DNA of 64,000 bases from Haplodiscus bocki (Eukaryota). Below are positions 13,160-25,245 of the stretch, in pieces (position 1 is the first letter of the stretch; the number at the start of each line of letters is the position of its first letter). The notes below the pieces were generated by a model. It searched no databases and was not told the origin of the DNA. It worked only from the letters and a program-made list of their open reading frames with translations. Location: the NCBI GenBank assembly GCA_965655095.1, contig CBFHFQ010000299.1, forward strand, positions 1 to 64,000, given 5' to 3'. A program made the translations under genes and the position numbers.

Positions 13160-13775
13160 ATGAGTATATATCCTATTTTGAATAAAGATCCAGTATTGTT
13201 GAGCAGAAATACTAAAGATGATGAAATCAAAGACTTAAAATATGAAACTGAGAAACACGATCATGAAAATATATTAAAATCACTTAAAATTGATAATGAA
13301 AGTTATAAGATGAACTAAAAAATTTTAAATAAAAAGAAAGTGTTATTAAGCATCCCTGAAACTTTAAATGGATCTGCTTCAGTTTTTAGTTCTTCAACAT
13401 TGGGTTTGATCAATCCTGGTGCGGGTAATATTAATTCAAGTTGCACAGCTCCGTTAACTGGTATCGCTACCATAATCACTAATGAATACATCTCAAAATT
13501 GAAGATACGATATACTAAGCTTAGGGGGTGGAAATATTTTATATACTTTGTTATATGAGAATACTTTAAAAACTTCCAAGGTTGAATAAAAAAATGATCA
13601 AAAAGAAGCTGAGGAATTGAAAAAGATTAATAATCATTATCTTCGTAAAAGAAAAGAGATCATGGAAAATACTAGTTTCAGGGTTGAAGATGTTTTCGGT
13701 GATGTTCTAAGTAAAGATAATTTTAGTCAAGAACAAGAAACTAAACCTAATAAATTTTTAGCCAAAATAATGTGA
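13160..13775 (+). pseudogene. Putative membrane-active protein (coiled coil, hydrophobic hairpin, coiled coil)
   Basis: MSIYPILNKD start; small-residue hydrophobic core GSASVFSSSTLGLINPGAG..TAPLTGIATII; same architecture as 53204-53740. Confidence 0.55.
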
Positions 13776-13881
13776 ATATAAATATAAATAACAAATTTGT
13801 TTTTTTTTCAAATAGAAAGAAAAAAAATATTGATTATCAACCGATTGCTCCTCCCTAGTATGAATAACTTTTCTTTGTCAA

Positions 13882-14040
13882 ATGACAAAGACATGGTGTG
13901 TTGGTGGAAAGCATTATAGTGATACAAATAATATAATTGAATACGAGGAAGTGAACCCTAAAACCAAAAAACTACTTAAAATTATAAAAGGTAATTGTAG
14001 CATTTGTAGACGAAACAAATCACAAATTTTTACTAAGTAA
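13882..14040 (+). CDS. Small zinc-ribbon protein (DUF5679-like), 52 aa
   Basis: MTKTWCVGGKH...IIKGNCSICRRNKSQIFTK*; open frame below the ORF-track cutoff. Confidence 0.55.
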   Translation: MTKTWCVGGKHYSDTNNIIEYEEVNPKTKKLLKIIKGNCSICRRNKSQIFTK

Positions 14041-14469
14041 TTGACTAAAGGAGACAATTTTATTAAAAAAGGTAAATGCAAGAATAATCATTGTTCATCT
14101 ATGGCAAATTCAGCGTGGTGTGACGTAAATAGTAAAAGTGATATATTAAAACTACATGATAAATGTCCTAATCCTATATGTAAATCTCAAAAGATAATTA
14201 CCTTCACACCACGTCAATATATGCTCGAGGGTGGATCAATAAAAACTAAATTAAAATCAATTTTCAGAGGAACAAAAAAAGCTTAAGATAGGTTTATCGA
14301 ACCAGGTTTAAAAATGGTAACACCACTCAAATCGGCCCCTGTTACCGCAAAAACAAAGAATCCTCAATCTCCTCAAATAACGAATAAATTTTTAAAATCA
14401 TTTACAGGTGGTAAACTTTTATCAATAACCGATATACATGGGAACGGATTACAATTAAAAGTAATGTGA
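14041..14469 (+). pseudogene. Basic Cys-containing core protein with adenain-type cleavage sites
   Basis: K-rich; MLEGGS, FTGGK and IHGNG in one frame; one internal stop at 14284. Confidence 0.55.
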
Positions 14470-14499
14470 ACTCCTTTCAAATAAATGTCAGCTAAATAA

Positions 14500-15110
14500 A
14501 TGAATAACCAAATTGTAGAAAATAAGATGATGAAATTGTGTTCTAAATGTGCAATTATTTGAAAAAAGAGTAGTTTTTTGCTCATAATTTAACAAAAGAT
14601 AAATTATATCCTAGTTGTAAGTTTTGTGTGATTCAAGAACAAAAAGATTTTTAATCAAAAAATCGAGATCGAATAAATAATAATCACAAAATAAATAGTT
14701 AACAAAACAGAGCTAACTTAAACTCAAGTGAGAGAAGGAGAAGACTCTCAGATTTTAATTATCGTTTGGTTAAGAACACGAGATGTAGAATTCATCATGT
14801 TCTTAATAGTAATTGAAAATCATCTTGTACAATAGTTATTTTAGGTATTGACATAGAAACCTATCGAAAATGGATCAAATACCAGATGACTCCTGAGATG
14901 AACTGGTAAAATATTGAATATGATCATCTGAAGCCCATTTGTATGTTTGATGTATCCAAAGAAAAAGAGTTGAAAGAAGCATTCTGCTGGAAAAATACTC
15001 AGCCCATATCAAAACACAATCATAAGCAAAAAGGGATTAAGTTTAAGTTTTTAGATTATCAACTGCAATTTTTCAAAGCGTATCAATTTTTCAAATTAAA
15101 TGAAGAAGAG
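14500..15110 (+). pseudogene. HNH-like endonuclease of the type common in large dsDNA viruses; missed by the ORF track
   Basis: N-terminal CxxC..CxxC, then RCRIHHVL, ILGIDIETYRKWIKYQMTPEMNW, EYDHLKPICMFD, FCWKNTQPI..HNHKQKG. Confidence 0.75.
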
Positions 15111-15957
15111 AGACCTAACTAAAATCTTTATTGATGAAATATACAGTAAACCTCCTAAGAGAAATTATGAAACTATAAAAATATTATACAATCACATTGA
15201 TGGAATATGGAGCATTGACTTAGCGGACATGATTGATTACAAAACATCAAATAATAAAAGATATAGATACACATTCTCTGTAATTGATAATATCTCGACG
15301 TTTGTTTTGGCCCACTTCTTGAAAAAAGGTATAGTAAAACAATAACAGAGGAATTTTCAAATATTCTAACCACTTCAAAACGATCTCCTGTTAAATTAGA
15401 AAGCGGTAGAGGAGCAGAATTTTATAATAGTATCTTTCAAATTTTTTGAAAAGTAGAAATATATGAGAATCTTCACAATTCACAGAGAAAGGCCCATCGA
15501 TAGCAGAACAAGTCATTATAACTATACGTAATTTATTAAGAAACCAATGTTTTTAGCTGGTAAAGCGTAAAGCTTCGTGGATAAATGAATTACCATCTGC
15601 TTTCAAGAAGTATAATAATACCATACATTATTCAACAAAAGTAACTCCCATTTAAACTAGTAAAAAATCAAATGAAAAAGTAGTTTATAACAATCTTAGA
15701 GACGATAGAGAAAAACAAAAACCAAAGTTTCATCTTTCTCAATTAGATAGAACAGCTGATATTAAAAAAGTTTTCAATAAGGATGATTTAACAAATTAGA
15801 GTTATAAATTACACTCACAGAAGTTATACACGACACTATACTGTCATATCGAATCAACTATTTACACGAAAGATACAGTGAACACTTTTTAAGACCAACA
15901 AAATAAACCTTGGAAGAAAATAATCAAGTTATGAAAGAACTAAAATTATTTCAATAG
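15100..15957 (+). pseudogene. Retroviral-like (rve) DDE integrase
   Basis: IWSIDLADM, YRYTFSVIDN, LESGRGAEFYN, YNNTIH; frameshifted. Confidence 0.9.
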
Positions 15958-15969
15958 TATAATAAATAA

Positions 15970-17291
15970 TAAAGGGAACTAACAGAAGTTGAAATTAATA
16001 AAAGATATGCTAAACAATGTGGTCAGTGCAATCGAAATACTCTTCTACCATACGAATATGAATGGACTTGTATTTTTCGTGGATACAACGTAATCAAACG
16101 GAAGCACGAACTTAGTGAAATTCAACGAAGGAAAGTAAACAACATAATTCGATTAAAATTTGCTGAACACCCAATTTTTTGCATTTGTATAGATGTGTAT
16201 AAAATACATGAAGTATTAACCAAATTAAAAAATAAAAAACTAAAAATAAACAATAGCCTAATTGGGAAATATGAAGAAAGGTTAGAAAATTATAATTTTG
16301 AACCAGACTACTATTCAAGAACAGCAATAGGTGTTTATAAAATGGCACATGATTCTCTTAGATTAATGAAATGGTTAGCTTATTATGATAGGTCTTATCA
16401 TGAGAAGATAAGTAATTATGATTTGATGGGTTCTTTTTCAAAAGATTTATATGAAATTTTTTAATGGTGAAAATTTTGTTGAAGTGAACGGCCATTAATT
16501 TAAAATTCATCCAACAGAAAAATTAATTTTAGGACTCCGCGGAGAACCAAAATGTATTAGAATTCAATATCATGTTCAAAATGAAACTCGGATAAGGAAA
16601 AATCAAAAAGATATTGGAAGTAAAAATAATGAATTAGAATTTAAGAATTCTCCTAAAAATAAACAACCATTTTTTCAACAACAACCAAAATTCAAACCAC
16701 CAAATTGTCCTAGTTGCAAACAAAATAATTGGTTAAAACTTGATAAAAGTTAATATTGTCAGAATTGTGAATATAATATTAATAAACAAAAACATCAAAT
16801 TGATAAAAAAAGTTCCTAGACAATATCATTATTTTTCAACTAGATTGCCATATGCTAAAAAGGAAAAACAAACTCTGATGAATATAGTTGAAACTACTTA
16901 TATTACAACAGAAGATATGATTATTAGGTTACAAAGTTTGAAATGTAAAACAAAGTTGAAATTTCATAAAAATTCAAGTAATTATTATGATGAAATGAAT
17001 ATTAGGAATTTTCAGTTTGAAGAAGATATTTTTTCTAGAAATGCTCAAAGTATCAGTAAAGTTTATCATGAAGTATTATTTTTATTGAAATTTTCACAGA
17101 CTAAACCTCAAGTGAAAAATATCAATAATAATTATTAAGATTTATATTATACAGTAATTAAAAACAGAGATGATGAAGAAATTGTGAATGACAAATATGA
17201 AGATAACGAAACTGATCATTTTAATTATGACGACTTCATAACACATATTCATTCTATTGGACGAAAGAACGATATTGAAATATTAAAGTAG
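15970..17291 (+). pseudogene. Cluster of hypothetical Polinton genes (small Cys-rich protein; 16195-16464; CxxC protein ~16463-17291)
   Basis: KQCGQCNR..WTC; PPNCPSCKQNNW..CQNCEY; ORFs 16195-16464 and 16740-17138. No recognised family. Confidence 0.45.
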
Positions 17292-17297
17292 AGGAAA

Positions 17298-19330
17298 ATG
17301 AGATCGCAGATAAATCATTTCAAATATTTCTTACTATTTAAATAGAGACGCAAATATTGAACAGCCGCAAATGTGAAATTTGTTTTATTGATGTTCATAG
17401 AGCATCTTATATCAAACAATTGAAAAGTATAAAACACTTAGAAAAAAAACAAAATGAAATGATTTTTCCAGAATGGTTATTTAGAGAATTTCTTGAAAAT
17501 CAAAATAAAAAAATAAATAATCGTAAATCATTAAAACGAACAGCCAGGGAAATTAATCTGCTGAAGGATACGCAATTGAATAAAGAATTACCTAAAAAGA
17601 TGAATATTCCATATTTTTTTACTGATGAAAATTTGAAAAAGGGATTCAAAATTAATCCAGATATTCAACACATTAATCATACTAGTTCTAAACTAACTAC
17701 TACACCAATTTATCCTGAATTTGGAGTTGAAGTTCGTTATGTTAATGAAATCATAAAAGAAGTATCTGTCATTTCTGCTAGACTAATAAATCAATATAAA
17801 CTCAGGAACGAAGCAGTTTTTTCAGCAACATTTGATAAACAAGATGAAGATAGTCAAGTATTAGATGAAACAGAATTATTCATTAATTTGAATTTCAATC
17901 AAAAATTAACAGAAAGTGATCTTGATAACATTGACATTAAATCTCCAATGGAATATCAGATACAACAACAGGAAATGAAAGATTCTGGACGGCGATTTCA
18001 TAAAATTAATTCGATGACTTTATATTTCTATCAAACAGGTATAATGAATAATGAATGGTTCAAAATATATTGAAAATCCTTTGAGATCAAAGGCTATCTT
18101 GATTTTTGAAAAAATGGTAAATATTGTTTTATTTGGTCTATATTAGATAGTCTTCCTCCTTGTAGTAATAATCATCCGAATAGTGTTTCGAATTATAAAC
18201 ATTCTTTTGATGAAATAAACATTCAATGTTTCGCTTTTACTAATGGATTCAAATGTAGTGATGTTCACGATTTTAATGAAATAAAAAATTTGTCCATAAA
18301 CATCTTTGAATTAAACTTTTGTCAACATCAGAATAAATGCAAACATAAATAATCCCTATTGAAGTTAGTAAAACTGAATCAAATAGAATTGTTGACTTGA
18401 AAACTTACAAAAATATTTATGTTCTAATTAAAAAATTAAATGTATTTTTAGGAGATCTTCACAAAACTTTCAATTGTAGGCAGTGTTTGAATTCATATGC
18501 AAGTGAAAATATGTTAATGTTACATAAACAAAATTGTGGTGAGGATATTATAACTACTACTAGAATATCATCTGATTCTCATATTTATTGGAAAAATCAT
18601 TTTCATAAAAATCCAATATAATTTATGATTTATGCAGATTTCGAGGCTCATATTGAAATTTTTAAATCTAGCATACGTGATAGGACAACTAATATTTATA
18701 AGCAAAACCCAGTACTTAATGGTTTTCACATATTATCTGGTATAGAACATGTTTTAAAAAGTGGTTATTATAAATCTCCTCTAGGTTACAATAAAATGAA
18801 TTGGTTTGTAAACTAAGTTATGAAATTAGAATAAAAGATGGTTTTCTATTTTAAAAACACTGAGAAAGACATCATTATGACTGAAGAAGATGAAGAAGAT
18901 TTTCGAAATTTTAATACTTGTCCTTTTTAAATAAAAATATTGAATCTGATAAAGTAACAGGTCATTGTCAATAAACAGGTAAGTACAGAGGCCCAGCTCA
19001 TAGCAAATGTAATATTAATGTTACTCAAGATAAAAGCAGTTTTATACCATTTATAATTCACAATTTTAGTAACTATGATTGTCATATGTTTTTCAAGGGA
19101 TTGGTTGATAAGAAAATGATAGAGTAAAGGTTGATAATACTCCCAAAACAAATGAAGAGTTTCTGTCAGTAACATATGGTTGTATTAGGTATATAATTAG
19201 CTATCGATTTCTATCAAGTAGCTCAGATTCATTATTTAAAACATTACTTGATAATAGTCATAAAACAATGAAAGATTTGAGAGAAGAAATTGTTGATAAT
19301 GAAGTAATCTTAAATATTGTTAATGAATTT
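17298..19330 (+). pseudogene. Protein-primed DNA polymerase B, N-terminal half only (copy A)
   Basis: Zn finger CEIC..H, CFIWSIL, ExoI YADFE, EndoVII-like HC..TGKYRGPAHSKCN, ExoII HNFSNYD; stops before the polymerase motifs. Confidence 0.9.
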
Positions 19331-19344
19331 TAAAAAAAACATTA

Positions 19345-19820
19345 CATTGATAAAGAAGTTCGTAGGCAAGATCATCTTTTTTCAACTAGATTACCATATG
19401 CTGATAAAAGGATAAGAGAAAAGTGGATGAATACGGTTAATACTACATGTAATTCAACAGAAGATATGATTAATAAGTTACAAGAATTGAATGGAAAAAC
19501 AGAATTAAAGATTTTATAAAAATATAAGTAATTATTACGATAATATGAATATTAAGATGGATGAAGATCCTTTTGCTAAAAATGGTCAAGGTTTTAGCAA
19601 AAATTATCATGAAGTATTGTTGTTAATGAAATTTCTACTGACTAAGCCTCAAGTTAAGAATATGAATCTTAATTAAAAAGATATATATTATACTGTTATT
19701 AAAAATAGAGGTGAAAGAGAAATTGTTGATAATAAAAATGAAAATGATTATAATAATTTTAATGATATTATGCCTAATCATTACATTGGAATTAAAAGTA
19801 ATAATGAAGAATTAAAGTAG
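19345..19820 (+). pseudogene. Diverged duplicate of the 3' part of the 16463-17291 gene
   Basis: FSTRLPYA, TEDMI.KLQ, YHEVL.L.KF..TKPQVKN are shared with 16800-17291. Confidence 0.8.
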
Positions 19821-19826
19821 AGAAAA

Positions 19827-22800
19827 TTGAGATCTCAGATAAATCATTTCAAACTTTTTATCCCATATAAAAAGACACGCAAAAAGAATACCCGCCAATG
19901 TGATATTTGTAATGTTGATGTTCACCGAGCATCATATGTAAAACATTTCAGAAAAAAAACTTTAGAAAATGAAAAGCAAATTGAAATGATTATACATGAA
20001 AGTTTATTTCAAGAACCTATTGAAAACAATATTTTAAAAATAAATTATCCTAAAACATTAAAACAAATAGCAATAGAAAATATTAAACTGGCTGATAAGC
20101 AATTAAATAAAGAATTAGCTAAAAATATGATTAGTTCTTATTAATTCACTGATAGAAATTTGAAAGTGGGATGCAAATTTATTTTAGATAGTCATCATAT
20201 TAATCATTCTAATTTTAAATTAACTATTACACCTAATTATCGTGAATTTGGAATTGAAGTTCGTTATATTAATAAAATCATAAAAGAATTATCTGTTATT
20301 TATGCTAGATTAATAAATCAATATAAATTCAAAAATCAAACAGTAGTTTCAGCAAGATTTGACAAACAAGAGGAAGATAATCAAGTATTAGTTGAAACAG
20401 AATTGTTCATCAATTTAAAAATCAATCAAAATTTAACAGAAGGTGATCTTGATAATATTGACATTAAATCTCCATTAGAGCATCAAATACAACAACAAGA
20501 GAAGAAAAATTCTGGATGGAGATTTGATAAAAATATTTCAGTGAAAATATATTTTTATAGAACTGGTGAATTAAATGGTTCAAATTATGTTAATGTTTCT
20601 TTGAGATCAAACGCTATCTTAAATATAGAAAATATTGAGTAATATTGTTTCTTATGAGCATTATTACCTTTTATACATCCTTGTAATGACAATCATCCGA
20701 ATAGAGTTTCAAATTATAAACAATATTTTAATGAATTGAACATTCAAGGATTTGATTTTACAAATGGGTTCAAATGTAGTGATATTCATAAATTTGAGGA
20801 ATTAAACAATTTATCGACAAACATGTTTGAATTAAACTTTGATCAAGATCACAAAAAGTGGAGAAATAAACCAAACCCTAGTGAAGTTAATAAAAACGAT
20901 TCGGGCCCAGTTACTGATTTATTAATTTACAAAAATCATTATGCTCTCTTTAAAAAATTTAATGTATTTTTAGGAGATCATCATAAAATTTCTACCTGTA
21001 GAAGGTGTTTGAATTCATATAAAAGCGAAAATATGTTAAAGTTAAATAAACAAAAATGCGGAGACGATAATATAACTACTATCAAAACTTCAAATGAGTC
21101 ACATCTTTATTGGAAATATCACTTTCATAAGACTCCATTATACTTTAGAATATATGCAGATTTCGAAGTTGAAAATGAAAAAGGTAATTCTAGTTTAGGT
21201 AATAAAGCAACAAATATTTATAAGCAAAACCGAGTACTTAATGGCTGTTACATAGAATCTGAATTGGAAGATGTCTCAAAAAGTGAATATCATAAATCTC
21301 CCATAGAATATAATAATGTTGGTTGGTTTGTGGATGAGGTTTTAGAACTAGAAAAAAAGATGGCTTTCAATTTTGAAAACACTACTAAAGATATTACTAT
21401 GACAGAGAAAGATGAGAAGTTTTTAAAATTAATAACAATCGCCGATTTTGTGAAAAAGGAATTATCGATAATAAGGTTAGAGATCATTGTCACTTAACAA
21501 GTAAATACAGAGGAGGGGCTCATAGTATTTGTAATTTTATATAACACAAAAACAAAGTATCTTCATCCCATTTAATTTTCATATTTTTTCTAATTACGAT
21601 TGTCATATGTTCCGCAAAAAATTAGTTGACGAAAAGAACGATAAAGTTAAATTTGATATACCTAAGACAAATGAAGAACATATTAGTGTTACTTATTGTT
21701 GTCTTATATATATTGATAGTTACCGTTTCTTATCAAGTTGTTTAGATTCCTTAGTGAGGACACGGTTGATAATGATGAAATATTGAATATTGTTAATGAA
21801 TTAGGAGAAGATAGGACTATTGAAGATTTGAAATAGGATTATCCGGATAAAATAGGGGACTTAGAAGAAGCTTTACTCAATTATATAGGTGAAAAAGATT
21901 CTAAAATTTTAAAAACGGAACTTCCTGATAAATGGAAGTATTTAACTAAAAAAACTAGCTTATCCATATGAATTTTTCAATTGTATTGAAGATTATCAAA
22001 AGTCTGTTGACAATTTAAAGAAAGAAGACTTTTTCAGTAAATTAAAAAAGAAATGTCCTGATGATGAAGAGTTAGAACGAACAAAAGAATTTATTAGAAG
22101 AACCAATACTAAAAATGGAGAAGAATTAACGCAAAAATATTTAAGAAGCGATGTATTTTCACTTACATGTGCGTTTGAGAAGTTTATAAAAAAATCAGTT
22201 AACGAATCTGATATCAGTCCTCTAAATTGAGTTAGTTTATCTGGTTATAATTGGCAGTGTTGTTTAAAATATACAGGAATAAATTTACAAACACTTCAAG
22301 ATAAAGATTTAGTTTTAACATCAGAAACTAATTTACGTGGTTGAATATCATCAGTAATAGGAAATAGATTTGCGAAATCAAATGAAATACAATAAAATAA
22401 TTTATGCGGATGCTAAGATGTTATATGGTCATTCTATGAGTCAACTTTTACCTTATGATGAAACTGAAATGTGGCGCGATCATTCAGATCTTTGTATGAA
22501 TAAGTTAGAAGAAATTTTGAATACTCCTGATGATAGTGATCATGGGTACTTCCTTGAAGTTGATTCAAAATATCGCGATAATATAAACGAAAAAACGAAA
22601 ACTTTTCCATTTTGTGCTGAAACTAAAGTTAATCATAAAGATAAATATAATGATTATATGAGAAAAATAAAACCTAAAAACTATATAAAAGCTATGAGTC
22701 TAATATGTGTTTGGATTGATGAAAAGAATTGTTTAAGTCAATATAGGTTGTTAGAATTAGATGCTACACATGGTATGGTAGTTGATAAAAATCATGAAAA

Positions 22801-23670
22801 AATTTCGTTTAAACAGAGTAAGTGGTTGGAGAAAAATAAAAATTTTAAAACACAAAAGTGAAACAAGGCTAAAAAATATTTTCACAAAGAATTCTATAAA
22901 TTACTCAACAACGCATTTTATGGAAAAACAATGGAAAATATTCGTAATTGTTTGAAATTAAAATCTTTTTAAACAGATTTTACAAAAAATATTATTAAAC
23001 AACAATCTAAATTGACTTTCAATGGAATTCTCAAATCAAATGGAAATTTTGGTAGCTATACATTCATCCAAAACGAAATTTTTATGGCTAAGGCCTAGTT
23101 ACTTAGGATTTCCTGCAATGAAATTGAGTAAATTACACATGTATGAGATATATTTTGATAAATTACAACCATATTTTGGACAGGAAATCTTACATTTACT
23201 TTATATCGATACTGACAGCTTTATATTAAGTATAAATACAAAAAATTTTATCAAAGATTTAAAAAAATTCAGAAGATATAATTCATTTCGTTCACTTAGA
23301 TGAAAATCATGAACTATTCAGTAAAAAAAATAAAAAAGTAATTGATAAATTCAAAATTGAAACACCTGAAAATATTTGGATAGATGAATTTGTTTGTCTA
23401 AGAGGTAAAATGTATGGATTTAAAAGTTGGGATCAGAGTAAAAATTTAAAAAAAGGAGTTTCTAAAACATATTGAAAAGGAATTAAATTTGAAGAATATA
23501 AGAAAAGTTTAGATGGAGAGGAACATGAAAAAAATGTGAAAATTAATTTATTCGATCACTTAACCATGAAATATGAAATGAAGCTCCAACGAGTAAAAAA
23601 ATCTATGCTATCTCAATTTGATGATAAACGATGATATACAAATGAAACTGAAATTCTACCTTGAAATTAG
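19827..23670 (+). pseudogene. Protein-primed DNA polymerase B, full length but decayed (copy B)
   Basis: YADFE; VRDHCHLT; motif A YADAKMLYGHSM; motif B KLLNNAFYGKTMEN; motif C YIDTDSF; terminal FDDKR. Confidence 0.95.
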
Positions 23671-23671
23671 T

Positions 23672-24209
23672 ATGATTAAAAGTTTTTAAAAATAGAAAAA
23701 AATTTTGAAAAGACTAGACACGGTAAAAATATTGATAAATCTAAAAAGTATTTTTAGGAGGAGAAAGAAATGTACGAGGTCATGATAGAGCTCTATATAA
23801 AAAAAAGAAATCTTATACTTTCACGACTTAGTAGTGTACAAAAAGTCATATGACATTAGTCGCAAGGATCGCACATTTTAACAAAAAATAAAACAACAAA
23901 AAATTCATAGCAGATTTATCCTACGCAGGGTTGTTGTCTATTTTATTTCGTTTTTTATATAATTCATACATATAATTGAATTTCTATAAATTAACATAAT
24001 TATATAATTGAACATATTTGTTCCATTTCACATAAATATATAAATTCACTTAATTTTTATTATAACTTGGGCTACCCCATTGATAAGTAAATATTTTTTT
24101 TATAATTATACCCCTGTGTAAGGACTCTGCTATGAATTTGTTGTTGTTTTAAAATTTTTAAAATGTGCGGCCGCCGCGTCTGGTGTCTTGTGCCTTTTTG
24201 TACACTACT
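23672..24209 (-). repeat. Right TIR of Polinton 1
   Basis: Inverted copy of 5314-5875, ending ...tgtacactact. Confidence 0.9.
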
Positions 24210-25095
24210 CGTACAAATGTATTTGAAAATTGAATAAAACACATCAATTTTAAGAAAAACACTCCGAGAAAGTTGCGAAAATAATCTCAATTTGACCGCT
24301 TTTAAGGACTGGCGTCCAACGGGGGGAGGTGGTAAAATTCTCGTTACTGCTGGTAGTGGAAGTGCGGAAGGCGGAGTCAACAGAAAAGATCCCTATGAAA
24401 AAATGTGCATTTCTCGACCAGCGAGCGAAATGATTTTGAATATTAAGCGCAAATTTTACAGTGCCGTGGATCGGAAACCTAAAAACAATAACTGATAATA
24501 TTGTACTTAGATTTTCTGCTGTATTGTGTTATGTATTTTTGGCCGTGTGAAATGAGTTTCTGAAATTTGGCTTCCAAAAACTATTTTTCAGTTTCGTCTC
24601 TGAGACCGGTTATTCAATTTTGTCCCTATGAGTAGTCACCTCGCACCCACATCATTTTATTTTAGATCTCATTCAATTTGACCTTATTCCAATTTTCTGT
24701 CGCTTCGGAAATCGCGAATTAAACTTTGCTTCTCAACCAACCAGTCAACATCAAGCACTTTTCTTGCGCGCGCACCTTCGAACCAGCTATCGTAACTTAG
24801 TGAGACAAGAATTTCAAAAAACTGTTACAAAGGCACAGTAACAAGTCTCGAGCGTAGTGGGAGCACGCATACCGCCAACTGAACTTGTCAAAATTTCAGA
24901 TCTTCTCTCATTAGATCTTAATATTTAGATCTTTTTCCACCCTCCAATTGTCGAGCCTACTTGAAAAGAAATAAGATCTAAAACATCATTGTACCTGAAA
25001 TACAAATAAATAAACAATACATAATAAAAATACATAATATCAATATATAAAAACGTAATTTATTCACTCTTCACTGAAAACTTTGTGTAGAGAAT

Positions 25096-25115
25096 GAGAG
25101 AGAGAGAGAGAGAGA
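25096..25115. repeat. (GA)n microsatellite in the LINE 3' UTR
   Basis: About 10 GA units. Confidence 0.9.
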
Positions 25116-25245
25116 AACAGTAAATTACGTCTTCATGACAGACTGAAACAATGAGTAGTTTACGTGATGAAACAGAAACTGGCTTGAAGGAAATCAACAC
25201 AACCTAAAGTAAATAACTATAATCATCACAACCAAAAATAAATAT

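Larger units (their letters stand above)
5314..24209 (+). mobile_element. Complete but decayed Maverick/Polinton (Polinton 1), ~18.9 kb
   Basis: Starts AGTAGT at 5314 and ends ACTACT at 24209; long TIRs; 6 bp flanks tttaca/cgtaca (4/6 match); pPolB, rve integrase, ATPase, protease, MCP and mCP remnants inside. Confidence 0.95.

Noticed and set aside
6601-23670. Alternative genetic code or sequencing error as the cause of broken ORFs
   Set aside because: All three stop types occur with frameshifts, deletions, substitutions in catalytic motifs and diverged TIRs, which fits neutral decay.
5314-24209. Bacterial prophage or active virus
   Set aside because: Gene set, AGTAGT TIRs and eukaryotic TE context indicate a Polinton; nearly every gene has stops and frameshifts.
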